DNA of 64,000 nt from Ascidiella aspersa. Lineage: Eukaryota. Position numbers and translations under genes: made by a program. A model generated the notes under the pieces. The model was not told where the DNA came from. It did no database searches and worked only from the letters and a program-made list of their open reading frames with translations. Within the stretch, counting starts at the first letter, position 1; each line of letters begins with the position of its first letter. The DNA is taken from contig OZ004612.1 in the NCBI GenBank assembly GCA_963924565.1, positions 9,672,001 to 9,736,000 on the forward strand, given 5' to 3'. Positions 24,901-35,200 of the stretch are shown piece after piece.

Positions 24901-27900
24901 ACAGAAAATAGGCATATGAGAGGACTTTATGAGATTCTATTATAGGCCGATTTAATATTGGATAAAATAAACGTGGTAATTTTGTGTTATGCATTCGATT
25001 ATGTTTGATAGGATGTTATGACAAACATTGACCAAAATACGCTGTGTATCCTAAAATTTCAATCAATTTTCCTATCACGTAGTACCAAAACTTTCTCCCA
25101 AGAAGCTTTTTAGTTGGCTATGTAGGCAGCTGAATATGACGACACAACAACAAATTTGAACGATGCAAAACAGCTTATTATATAGTTAAGATGCACTACT
25201 TTCTATTCATTACTTTCTATTGTTTTAATCAAATCCCTCTTTCAACGCATTCGAGCTATCCGATCCAGCTTCCCATATTTCTCTTTCATAATTTACCTTC
25301 TTCTCTTCCAGGCCAACAATGACCTCTCCGAGCTGTCGGAGCTGATCGATCGCCTCCAGGAAGACCTGAAGATCAAGCAGGCGAGCCTGGATGAAGTGAA
25401 CGACACGCTCTTTGTGATGGAGGACTCGGTGGAACAGCACATTGCCGTCAAGAAACACGACAACCACATAATCGGACAGCTCAACAACCAGATCTCCAAC
25501 CTCAAGGTAAGGAAGTCGAATCCTTTTTTTCTTTTTATTGTATCTTGATTTAAACGACGGTGGATTTTGAATTGATATGTGTTAGTTTTTTCATTTTATT
25601 TTTTGGTCGAAAAATATGCTGTGTTATTTTGGCACCTCCTAGCAAACTTGCTTTGTGTAAAATATGCTTTGAAATGATATTGCCGGCGGTAGTTTATAAG
25701 TTAAACTTTGATGGATTTGAAGAGTATTTGTTAGGGTTTGTATTTCATTGTTTTGTCTTAAAATACATTTCCTTTAGTTTTTTTGCATTTCCCAGATAAA
25801 AAGTGCTTTAAAAAGATATTCGATATATTACTACTGCGAATTGTATTAACTTACAGGCGGCTGTCATTGTGGCCATTATTTTATCGGCTGTAAAATTAGC
25901 GGAATATAATGTCATTTTTTGAATTGACTTTGTGTGCTTGATAGCCGTCGTAAACAACTACAATTATTCAATGAACCATGTACACACACATATGTTCAAT
26001 AACTGTGATCAAGCCCTTCTGAATCTGCTTTTTGACCAACGATTACGGCTTACGTATCATTAGAACATGCAATGGCTTTCGGTAAACAACTACAACGGAT
26101 TTCGTTTTTACAGGAGGAGCGCTTTCGCCTGGAAAAGGAAATCCAGCAGTTGAAGAAGGAGCAGCGCAACCAATCGGAGGAATGGAAGCAGTTCCAGGCC
26201 GACCTACAAATGGCCGTTATGATCGCCAACGACATGAAAGCAGGTAAAAAGTCATAATTTATTATATCGAAAAGCGTAGTTGATTTTTCTTACATCGGCA
26301 TATTTTTTTTTCTGTGTTGGATGTGGGTTCTTTATTGGCCTGGTTACACGCGCAGGCTTGATTTTTTAAGCTAGCATTTTTTATATGAAAAAAAATATAT
26401 GTAATTTTACTGACCTTAAAGAAATTGTTTAAAGAATTATCTCAGTTATAGATTTTATATTTTTGTCTGTTTTTGTCGTATTTTTCTTTGCAAAGCGGAT
26501 TTACTATCTCGATAGCGGAATCCAACTAAGTCCAGATAAGACACATTAGTCCAAATTTGACAGTAAAATAAGTCCATTTAAAAAAAAATATATGGAAATA
26601 TATGACCATATAAAAAATATATGACTCTTAAAAATACAAACCACCCTAAACCAGAAAACCTATAAACGTTATAAAAAATTGCTGCGCCGCATTACGATCG
26701 CCAGTAATCGTCCTCCTTTTCTTAATTTCTTCAGAAGTGCAGTCGGAGGTTGCCAAGCTGCGTGAAGACAACCAGGCCTTGGATGAAGCGGTCACCAAGC
26801 TCCAGGTGGAGAACGAACAGCTGAGGAGGAGAAGAGTGTCCTCCGTGTCCGCAAACTCCTCCGCCATCCTGGAGGCTGCCGCTCTTCGCCAGCAGAGGTC
26901 CACCATCGAGAACAACATCGCCGCCATCCGAGAGGTAGGTCCTCCGTTGCCAGTTGTGTTTTTGCCTAAAGCAATTGCGCCATTTGAGGAAGAAATATGT
27001 TGCATACACCTGATCCTTAAAGCCAAAACTCACAGAGTGATTTTAGTTCTGACGCCTATAAATCGCGTTACCTTGACTTGATAAAGGGATAAGTTTATAG
27101 AGGTATTCTACTTCAAGGTTTTGCGCATAATCTTTCTGTTACGTGGTAAAACTAACCTTCCCTTTTTCTCACCGCTATCTATACTGTTTAGCGCTTTAAA
27201 TCCAAAAACACAATATTTTAAAGATCTTAAGTTGCTCAAATAAAGTCCTGGAAATTCGATTTTAATATAAAATACCCAAAATGATTACAACAAGTGCGCT
27301 TGAAAGAATCACCCGTTATCACTTTAATGATCAACAAAGAAACAGCCCAATAGTTCGTTGTATCGACTAAAGTAAAAATGTAAAATATTCCCCTATAGTC
27401 GCTTAAACTAGTCCAATTCATTCACAAATATCGCCCTTCTCACGCAGACCTACAAGCGACGAACCGGCGAGACTTCTCCTGGCGTCCAAAGTCTCATCAA
27501 GTCCTTCGACAACCAGTCTTCCGTCCCAGGGGAAGCCCCTTCGTCCCCGACGCGCGCCCAAACCCCGATGGCTCCGGCCCCAGCGTCTGCGCTGCCCCCG
27601 CCCACCGACCTGCCCTCCCCCGGGTTCAGCCCGGCCAAGGGGGCGCCCCAAGGCGGTAAAGTCCCTCCCCGTGCCGGATCCAGCCCCATCACGGCTACAG
27701 TGAGCCCGATGCAGCGCCACCACTCGATGAGTTCGATCACGACCGCTATGTCGCAAGGTGGCACCCCACCCTCGGCCTCCTTCGCCAACAAGCTCGTTCC
27801 CAGCTCGAACGGAGACTCTGCGGCCAGCAGCAAACCCGGGACGCCGGACAGCAGTCGTGGCAATGGCACCGGTGGGTTGGATTTTATGCTTGCTTTTTTA

Positions 27901-30368
27901 TGTTTCGTGTTAAGTGTAAATCGCGATTGGTTGTTGTAAACACATAAAGTGTGATTCTTAACCAACAATTCGGTGCGAAATGCTATGCGAATCGCGATTT
28001 GTATAGGTTGACCAAACGTTGGTAAAGAATTACAATTACTAGAGGAGCTGTTTTTGATTAATATTACTATGCCGGATAGCAACTGTTTATATACACAAAG
28101 TGTGGTTTGATTCGCAAATGTATTAAGCTTGAAAATATAAATCATCGTTTTAGCATCCCACTAGAATACAACTCTTTTTCGCTTTGTCAAATTTTAAATT
28201 AAAATCCAACTGTTTGCGTCCAGTTTAAAGTGAAAGTTAACAGTTTAGGATAACCTACATGTTCGGTCCGAAACTGTTTTGCGCGTATTTTCATTCAAAC
28301 GTTACCCTTTGTTTCGTCACAGTCTCCAGCACTGATCTGTCTCAGCTGTCGACCTTGCTGCGACGCAACTCCACGCAAGAGTTCGCGCGCAAAACGTCAA
28401 CCGACGGAAGAAAGCCCCAGTTAAACGGTGAGTTTTAGGCTCTCGCCCCTCGCAAACTTTTTCGTCTCTAGAAATCATTTGCTAGGACTTTTTTTCTTAA
28501 AAAAAATTCCGTTTTTTCCTACCCCCGTAGTTTTTATCAAGCCTGTTTGTCGCAAACGACCAAGAAAAGTCAGCAACCAGTTAACGCGATAACGTGTAAA
28601 ACACTTTTTTGTATGGATTAAGAAGCGATCCACTATATGCCAACCGTATTCGTGATGTTAATCAAACTAAAAAATATATATAAACGCGGAAAAGACTCAT
28701 CACATTAAAAAGGTTAAACTCAAGTCGCTGAACTTTTTTGTGTTTTGCATCTCTCTTATTACCTCATTGATCTATTTTTTATCAAATGCTTCTCATATAA
28801 TGCCCCAAGATCAATTCTGTAAATCCTAACTAGTATAAACATTACCCCCCTCTTTCCTTGCAGAAATCTACGACCGCCTGGGTCCCTCCACACCCGTATC
28901 TCGACACCCCAAGTCGACCGCCGTGCCCCCTAGCACCCCTAGCACCCCGGCCAACACCAAGCACCGGGGCCACCTGAACCAGACCCCCTCCACTGACCCC
29001 CTGGCCACGCTGGCCCGACGCTACGGCGGTTCCAAGAGGAACGCGCTGCTGAAGTGGTGTCAGGAAAAGACCCAGGTGGGATTTGTTTGTTTGTTTGTCT
29101 TTTATATGTTACTCCTGTCTCATTTTTAACCAGTTTTCTGTTCGCTTAACACTAATGTATTTCTTATATTACAAAAGTCCTGCATTGATGCGTGCTTTAC
29201 GTTTTTTTATTTTTTAGCAGAGCCACCGGCGTTTATTCATTTTAACATTGTTTTAAGTAAAAGCTCTTCAAAGGCGTTAAAACAATCGACCTACTCAATC
29301 GACTTTAGTTCTGTTCAATATTTCCTGTTGTAAAACACTTTTTGCCTTGAAATAAATTTTAAAAATTTAACAAACAAAAAATATATTTATTTTGTTTCTC
29401 TTTATAAAATCAGTATAAATTTATTTCCTATCATGAAAACCCCTTTGCTTTTACATTATTTTAATCTTGTCGGCGAACTTGTCTAAAAAGATAAAAACAA
29501 CAGCTTTTATATGGGACCTGTTATATTTCAAACGTTTCTTATTAATTCACCTTTAACACATTATCGCCTTCTTTCCCACAGTCGTACAAAGGCATCGACA
29601 TCACAAACTTCAGCTCGAGTTGGTCGGACGGTCTTGCCTTCTGCGCCCTACTCCACTCCTATCTACCCGCCCACATCCCCTACGACTCGCTACTCCACAC
29701 ATTTCACAACGCGCCCGACGACAAGGCACGCTTCCAGCTGCAGGTAATATCGATATTCGGTCCGCTGGATTGTTTTGACTTTGCTGCTGTGGAATTTTAA
29801 TGTATTTTTTGGTTCACGAATGAGGAAAACTTCGCCCTTTCATCCGAAAAGTTGACTTTAAAACGCCCGCTTATAGATTTTTGAGATAGCAAAGACGTAC
29901 GCGCTTTGTGATCAATGACCCCTTACATGTCTCTCTATTTTGTCTCAAATATATCGTTGCGAAAATATACGTCCCCAACACGAAAATATCTTTCAACGCC
30001 TAGTTTGCGATTTACGGCGTCGCCATTCCAATTATAACGCCTTTAACATTTAACATTTGCTTTTATACGTTATACCGATCCTTAACGATCTACTTTCGGT
30101 TTGTTACCAGCTTTTTATTATAGTTCCCGAAAATCGAAACATCTGTATTCATTAGTCGTTGCTTTGGTTCTGACTGCTAACTTTTATCCCAAGTAAATCT
30201 GTCAATCACTTTTCGCAGGCCAAACACTTCCGCCTCGCCTTTGCGGCAGCAGAGAGCGTGGGAATCGAACCGACCTTGGCTGCGGAAGAGATGTCCAACA
30301 AGGACCGACCCGACTGGCAGCGCGTCATGAACTACGTCACAATGATCTACAAATACTTCGAGACCTGA
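9856..30368 (+). CDS. SPECC1L: Cytospin (SPECC1/SPECC1L-like) coiled-coil + calponin-homology protein; 5'-incomplete spliced CDS, 15 exons, ~890 aa visible
   Basis: Exons joined with consistent phase and GT-AG ends: 9856-9964, 10305-10460, 11719-11858, 13437-13580, 22555-22806, 23157-23330, 23936-24055, 25312-25506, 26114-26243, 26735-26934, 27448-27871, 28323-28427, 28864-29075, 29582-29743, 30219-30368 (2673 nt, open, ends TGA). Cytospin motifs recognised from memory: [30 protein letters not shown]; [18 protein letters not shown]; [19 protein letters not shown]; SLIKSFD; [26 protein letters not shown]; [25 protein letters not shown]; [20 protein letters not shown]. It is probably a co-ortholog of vertebrate SPECC1 and SPECC1L. 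Confidence 0.93.
10305..10460 (+). CDS. SPECC1L: Cytospin exon (Ser/Asp-rich linker [18 protein letters not shown]...)
   Basis: CAGCAG tandem acceptor (alternative start 10302), G|GTAAGT donor, phase 1-1. Confidence 0.8.
11038..11356. mobile_element. hAT-type MITE in cytospin intron
   Basis: Termini CAGTGGTCTC...GAGACCACGA, perfect 8-bp TSD TTATACAC on both sides, internal GCGACCCC motifs. Confidence 0.85.
11719..11858 (+). CDS. SPECC1L: Cytospin exon ([13 protein letters not shown] motif)
   Basis: CAG acceptor, CAG|GTGATT donor, phase 1-0, family motif. Confidence 0.92.
13437..13580 (+). CDS. SPECC1L: Cytospin exon ([23 protein letters not shown])
   Basis: CAG acceptor, AGG|GTGAGT donor, phase 0-0. 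Confidence 0.92.
13626..13807. repeat. ~180-bp foldback (long inverted repeat), MITE-like
   Basis: Arms of ~86 nt (TAAATAGAGGGATC...GGTCA / TGACC...GATCCCTCTATTTA) with few mismatches and a 9-nt loop. Confidence 0.9.
15159..15183. repeat. (GTT)n microsatellite
   Basis: ~8 GTT units. Confidence 0.9.
21371..21433 (+). CDS. Candidate internal alternative first coding exon of cytospin ([21 protein letters not shown])
   Basis: ATG + 21 codons ending CAA|GTGAGT, phase 0, in frame with exon 22555; in-frame stop upstream of the ATG. Confidence 0.33.
21499..21567. repeat. 23-bp tandem repeat x3
   Basis: AGTTGTTGCCCTTGCATACTAAA repeated three times with no spacers. Confidence 0.9.
22555..22806 (+). 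CDS. SPECC1L: Cytospin coiled-coil exon
   Basis: Long polypyrimidine tract + CAG, AAG|GTGGGT donor, phase 0-0. Confidence 0.9.
23157..23330 (+). CDS. SPECC1L: Cytospin coiled-coil exon
   Basis: TAG acceptor, CAG|GTTTGT donor, phase 0-0. Confidence 0.9.
23936..24055 (+). CDS. SPECC1L: Cytospin coiled-coil exon
   Basis: CAG acceptor, AGA|GTGAGT donor, phase 0-0, [15 protein letters not shown]... Confidence 0.9.
25312..25506 (+). CDS. SPECC1L: Cytospin exon ([11 protein letters not shown] motif)
   Basis: Pyrimidine tract + CAG, AAG|GTAAGG donor, phase 0-0. Confidence 0.93.
26114..26243 (+). CDS. SPECC1L: Cytospin exon ([10 protein letters not shown] motif)
   Basis: CAG acceptor, CAG|GTAAAA donor, phase 0-1. 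Confidence 0.93.
26735..26934 (+). CDS. SPECC1L: Cytospin exon (end of coiled coil)
   Basis: CAG acceptor, GAG|GTAGGT donor, phase 1-0. Confidence 0.9.
27448..27871 (+). CDS. SPECC1L: Cytospin Pro/Ser-rich exon (SLIKSFD; SPMQRHHS)
   Basis: CAG acceptor, G|GTGGGT donor, phase 0-1. Confidence 0.88.
28323..28427 (+). CDS. SPECC1L: Cytospin exon ([12 protein letters not shown])
   Basis: CAG acceptor, G|GTGAGT donor, phase 1-1. Confidence 0.85.
28864..29075 (+). CDS. SPECC1L: Cytospin exon, start of CH domain ([13 protein letters not shown])
   Basis: CAG acceptor, CAG|GTGGGA donor, phase 1-0. Confidence 0.93.
29582..29743 (+). CDS. SPECC1L: Cytospin CH-domain exon ([17 protein letters not shown])
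   Basis: CAG acceptor, CAG|GTAATA donor, phase 0-0. Confidence 0.93.
30219..30368 (+). CDS. SPECC1L: Cytospin last coding exon (…IYKYFET*)
   Basis: CAG acceptor, TGA stop at 30366-30368, canonical family C-terminus. Confidence 0.95.
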   Translation, partial: AKHFRLAFAAAESVGIEPTLAAEEMSNKDRPDWQRVMNYVTMIYKYFET

Positions 30369-31080
30369 ACGTCGCAATGACGTCACTTGCTTCCGTTGCG
30401 CCATCGTCTCCCGTTCCTGGTCGCAAAAATCCTGGTTGTTGTATGACGTCACCGGTTTTGAGGTCATGCCTTACCGGAACTGACGCAGGATCTTTTTTGC
30501 GATGCTGGTGAAGCTGTTTTGGCTTTTCGTTTTTCTCTTTTTTCTGCTTCATTGTTTTTGCGAAATTTATATTTAAGGAATAGTTTTTATTTGCCACGCG
30601 TTGAATTTCGAGCGAGATGAAATGCTATATTATATATAACCGCGTATTTTTAAAGCACTCAAAATCGACAGAAAACTGCAAGTGAGAAAAAAAACAACGG
30701 CATTATATTTTAAACATTCGAAGAATATCAACAAAATACGTTTTATTACCAGCGTTACCAAACAAGGCGACACGCCTCCTATTGTTATTTTCTTGTTATT
30801 ATTCATCTATCCACGGTTTCGCTTCGTCCAAACCCAAATCTCAAGTCTGCAATGAAACAAACTAACAAGAAAGCGGATTCATGGAGCTCCGTTCTTTTCC
30901 ACTGTGACCACCAGCCTCCGCTCGCTCTTTCGTCGTACTCTTCTATTGGAGCTTTCAATCTTCTTTTCGCGGCTGCCTGCATTTCCTTTGAGCGCACAAT
31001 TCCTACGGCTTCTCACGCTATCTAAGCCTCCTGTTTAGTCATCGGTCTTATGTTGTCGGTAAATTTATCGCGCCCTCTCG

Positions 31081-31086
31081 AATAAA
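31081..31086 (+). terminator. Candidate polyadenylation signal of cytospin
   Basis: AATAAA ~710 nt after the stop, followed by a GT-rich stretch (GTGAAGTTGTTGTATG). Confidence 0.55.
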
Positions 31087-31428
31087 AGCTTTGTACCCTT
31101 CGGGTGAAGTTGTTGTATGAAGGGTTATCTTTTGCAAAACAAACGATTACAAAGCTGACTTTCGACTGGTTTAGACCTGCCTTGTGTTTCCGAAGTATGA
31201 GTGCCTTATTCAGACAGCATTACAGTGATGCTTAAATTAACGCTAGTTTTGATTGCTAAACAGCTGGGGATAAAAACTATAAAATTTTGTCTATGCGTAG
31301 CTTTTTAAACGTTGGACACAGATTTAACTGGTGGTAACAGAGTGACTAAGCCTAATTACACTGCTCACCGGCAAAGATTCCAGCTAGCATTAAGACATTG
31401 CAGAGGTTGTCTAACAGACGCGTATATA

Positions 31429-31434
31429 TTTATT
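31429..31434 (-). terminator. Candidate polyadenylation signal of fucosyltransferase A
   Basis: AATAAA on the minus strand ~290 nt after the stop codon. Confidence 0.45.
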
Positions 31435-31726
31435 GGTATTAATGGGTTAAATAATTCAGTTCAATTTAAAACAGTGTAATCACTTTACGCGCTGTAAATA
31501 TTAGCAGTGTCAGGTTTAACCACAAGCAAAAAAACAATAACATGTTCCAACGTACGGCTCTCCTTTGTCTACCACTCAACCAAAAAAACAAGAGGATAAT
31601 CAATATTTTTAAACCATTCAGGCTGAATGCTCTGTTTGTCGTTTTCAACCACATTTCGTAAGTACCTAAACAAAAAGTAGCGTTTTGTTTTCTGTACATT
31701 GCGTCCAACGAAAAAGTCGCATGCCT

Positions 31727-32296
31727 TCAGTTACGCGCCAAACATGACGCCGTCTCACCGCCGTAATAATAGTCGGATATGGAGCCATAGCTTTGTCTCC
31801 GAAAGTCGCTTTTAAGCTTTTCGCACAGCAGTGTTTCCAGCCCCGGGTTCGATAAAATCTGCTTTGTCCTTTCGCTTGGGTTCAACCTCCAATTGAAGTA
31901 CTCCCGATAAGCGGTGTCGTTCTTTGCGAGATAAAGAAGATACTCGGCCAGGTGAGCTGGAGAAGTAAAGTCTTCCGCGTGAATGAAAGACCCAGAGGGA
32001 GCCAATCGAGTAACGTCAGCTTTGGAGGGACCCCAGACCACCGGGACTCTCCCTAACTTGATGGCGTTCTTCCAGAACTTTTCAGTCATGTAATCTTCGC
32101 AGTGAAGCGAGTTTTCGAACGAGAGGTAAAACTTGTAGGAGCCAAGCGTTACCGGAGGAAGTTTTCCGAATTCCTCCTTGTTCTGGAAGCACGCGCCGTA
32201 TCGATGAACCGGAAGTCCAGCTTGGATGAGGTCCTCCACATATTTCATTCTATTCCTTGATCCAGGAAGAAGGTCGCAGTTGCTCACCACCCAGAG
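31727..32296 (-). CDS. FucT-A last exon (GDP-fucose-binding domain, alpha-1,3 motif)
   Basis: TAG acceptor at 32298-32297; LWVVSNC...CLARN*. Confidence 0.95.
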   Translation of the reverse strand, partial: LWVVSNCDLLPGSRNRMKYVEDLIQAGLPVHRYGACFQNKEEFGKLPPVTLGSYKFYLSFENSLHCEDYMTEKFWKNAIKLGRVPVVWGPSKADVTRLAPSGSFIHAEDFTSPAHLAEYLLYLAKNDTAYREYFNWRLNPSERTKQILSNPGLETLLCEKLKSDFRRQSYGSISDYYYGGETASCLARN

Positions 32297-35200
32297 CTAA
32301 AACATAAAATGATTTTCAACAAAAAGAATAAATCCTCAAAACTAGAGCATTCGTTGGAACGTGTCAGTCCTGGAAAGGTATGTGCAAATTCGGGAAATTA
32401 GATATACAATTATTCGACACTAATTGCAAAGGCTGCCAACTCGCTTTGAAACTTTTTTCGACCTGGCTTAGAAAATAGTTGAATCACAAGTTTAACTCCA
32501 GCCCAAAAACTAAATTCGCCTCGTCCCAAATCAGGAACCCGGTACCGACTCCGCAGCCCTGATTTATAATTCCAAGTAGTTAGTTTTGTATTAGTATAGC
32601 TAAACCTATCATGGTCTTAAGAAGTACAGGCAACGAGAACGCGATTGCTGGTTAAATTTAGACGTAAATGTTTGATAAGATATCTAGCAGCCCATACACA
32701 CTAGTCGTACTCGTACGCATGGCAGTTACAGTTTCCTCAATCGGTCAGCACTGAAGTAACTCAATTTATTTCGTATTTAATGCGTTATCTGCTGGAAAAA
32801 CCAAGTACGCTTGACCTGACAAATCTAAACAACGTTAAAGTCCGTACCGCAATATTAGTCTTGTTTTTTAACATTTCTTCCAATTCTTTTTTTCCGTTTT
32901 CAAGCACTCCGAAGGCGTTGACGGAATAGGATGCCGATACGTCGGAGTCCGTCTTGTAGGTCATGGTCCAGTTAATGAAGTGTCCGTCGAATTCGCGCAT
33001 GCTTCTTCCTTCTTCGTTTTGTACGTAGCTCGGAGTTTCAATGATCTCAAACGCGAACACTTGGTCGGGATGTCTGCAAGTTATTAAGCTAATTTTAGTC
33101 CCTAGTTTCCAGTGTTGTAAACAAATCATTTTGAAATGACTTGAGTCCCAGTCAAGTCATTCGTAAAATAACTTAAGTCCAAGTCAAGTCTTTTTGAATA
33201 AATAAAAAGTCAAGTCCCAGTCAAGTCATAATTAGAGCAAGTCAACTTCAAGTCCAGCCCTTGTCAAAAAAATAAAACTTTAAATTATGAAAACCGGCAA
33301 ACTCCTCCGATTATTATAAGCAACTCAAGTGAAAAATAACATAAAACCAGCCTATTACAAGCATTTTTTTTTATGTGCAAAGATTGGGATGAATAACGCA
33401 ATTTTATAAATAATTGCTTAATTAAAACAATTTATTTCCAAGTGATTTGTCCAAATGACTTAAGTCAAGTCAAGTCATTTGCCCAAAAGACCTAAGTCAA
33501 GTCAAGTTATTTTGCCCAAAAGGCTTAAGTCAAGTCAAGACATTTAAAAACAGTGACTTAAGTGCACTAAAGTCAAGTCATTGACTAAAATCATTACAAC
33601 ACTGATAGTTTCCCAAAGTTAGGCAAACCAAGGGCCTGGTTTATTTTATTTTAAATTTTAGAGATTATTACGATAAGGTTTTCATGCAGTATATCGTACG
33701 AAACCATGCGCTTTGCCCCTTTATTTTGCCAATTTTTTAATAACTGTAAGCCGATATTTGATGACGAAACATTTTACGTGGTAAAAACTTGTTAACTTAT
33801 TTTTTGTTCTTGAATGCAGTGAAATGTCAACAATATTAGGTCTCACTAATTCTAGATTCGACAAATACTAAGTCTCACTAATTCTACTTATTAAAACACT
33901 GCGGGTAAATCAGTGGAATCATGATGCTCAACAGACTTCGGGTGAATAACTGTTTGCTTTGTTTAGATCTCTCGTGACAATATTTATAGTTTGAAGATAA
34001 AATATTTCACCTGTAGTGTTTCCACGGCATACGCTCCTCATCCAAGGCGCTGTAATGGAAAACGACTGCACTGGCTGTTTTTAGCTGGTCTCGGTCGTAC
34101 GTGAATCGACAGCCGTTTATTACAGTGCCCTCTGGGATACCGTGCTGTACGCGTCCGTGTGGGTGGCGCCACAGCAGTATGGTGTGCTCATCTTGCGTCA
34201 ATTTAACAAAGTCTCTACACAAAAAGATTGTCTGTTTGTTGCAAGCAAAACAATAATTCATTGCTTGGCCTGTACAGCGCTACAAAATGCTCCACAGAGC
34301 AAGTTTATATGTTGTACTTGTTTGATAAAACCTTCTACAAAAATTAAAAATTGACAGTGAGCGTTTTGTCTTATTAAATATGGTTAACTGCCATTGAATC
34401 TGTCCTTTTTCTGTTTCAACCAGCAGGTTAGTTTTGCTTTCGTGAGACACCGTTACTGCAGTCACGGTACACTCTCTAAAGACATATGTTTTAAACAGAC
34501 TGAAAAGTCTAGCAAAAAGTCACATAATTATTTGCCTTAGTTTACTGTTTTTTTTTCTTCATAAACCATTCCTAATTATTTTGCGGGCAACATGAGGTTT
34601 ACCTTAACTTTTGCCCGTTATTTATAGATCAGTTGAAAATGGCGATAGTTCGATTATACAAAACTTGTTTTAAATTTACGCATTACAAACCATTGAAGAC
34701 TCACCCGTCGTATTTTAATCTCTGTCCGGTTGTCTTTTCTGGGAGACTGCAAGACAAAACGTTTTGATGTCAAACGTGGATTAACTGCCTTTATTCAAAA
34801 TAACGATTTTGACTGACTGTTTTTTTTCATATAAGGACATAACGAATGCGAAAGAAAAAAAGAGGCGAGATAAAACACATGTCAAAAAGCGATAATTTAG
34901 CAGGGGGGCATTAAAATACTGGGGGTTCAGGGTTCCTTGTACTGAGCATTAAAATAGTCCTGCGCGCTTGCAGAGAAAGTAATTAATTTTATTCTTAGTG
35001 GCAATCAGATGTTTCCATTTCTGGACCGAATTGACCATACTGAGGAACGTATTAAAATTCGGCACGCGTCCAGCGTACTTACAAGTTACAACGGTAAATA
35101 AAACGTGCACACAACAACAAACAGTTCAACAGGGTTTCAGACTGATTCACCACAATACCAAACAACATATGAACTGAATCAGTTGTCCAACCCATGGTAA

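Noticed and set aside
27450-28145. 231-aa minus-strand ORF, and other antisense ORFs at 22489-22856, 25225-25505, 26646-27033, 30177-30467
   Set aside because: Antisense shadows of GC-rich cytospin exons; no motif or splice support.
30803-31220. Purine-rich minus-strand frames (…MQAAAKRRLKAPIEEYDER…) in the cytospin 3' UTR
   Set aside because: Interrupted by stops, with no credible splice sites or homology; most likely the complement of a pyrimidine-rich UTR.
33110-33604. AAGTC/GACTT arrays as satellite or telomere-like repeat
   Set aside because: They are bounded by TIRs and an 8-bp TSD and recur in dispersed copies, so they are MITE subterminal repeats.
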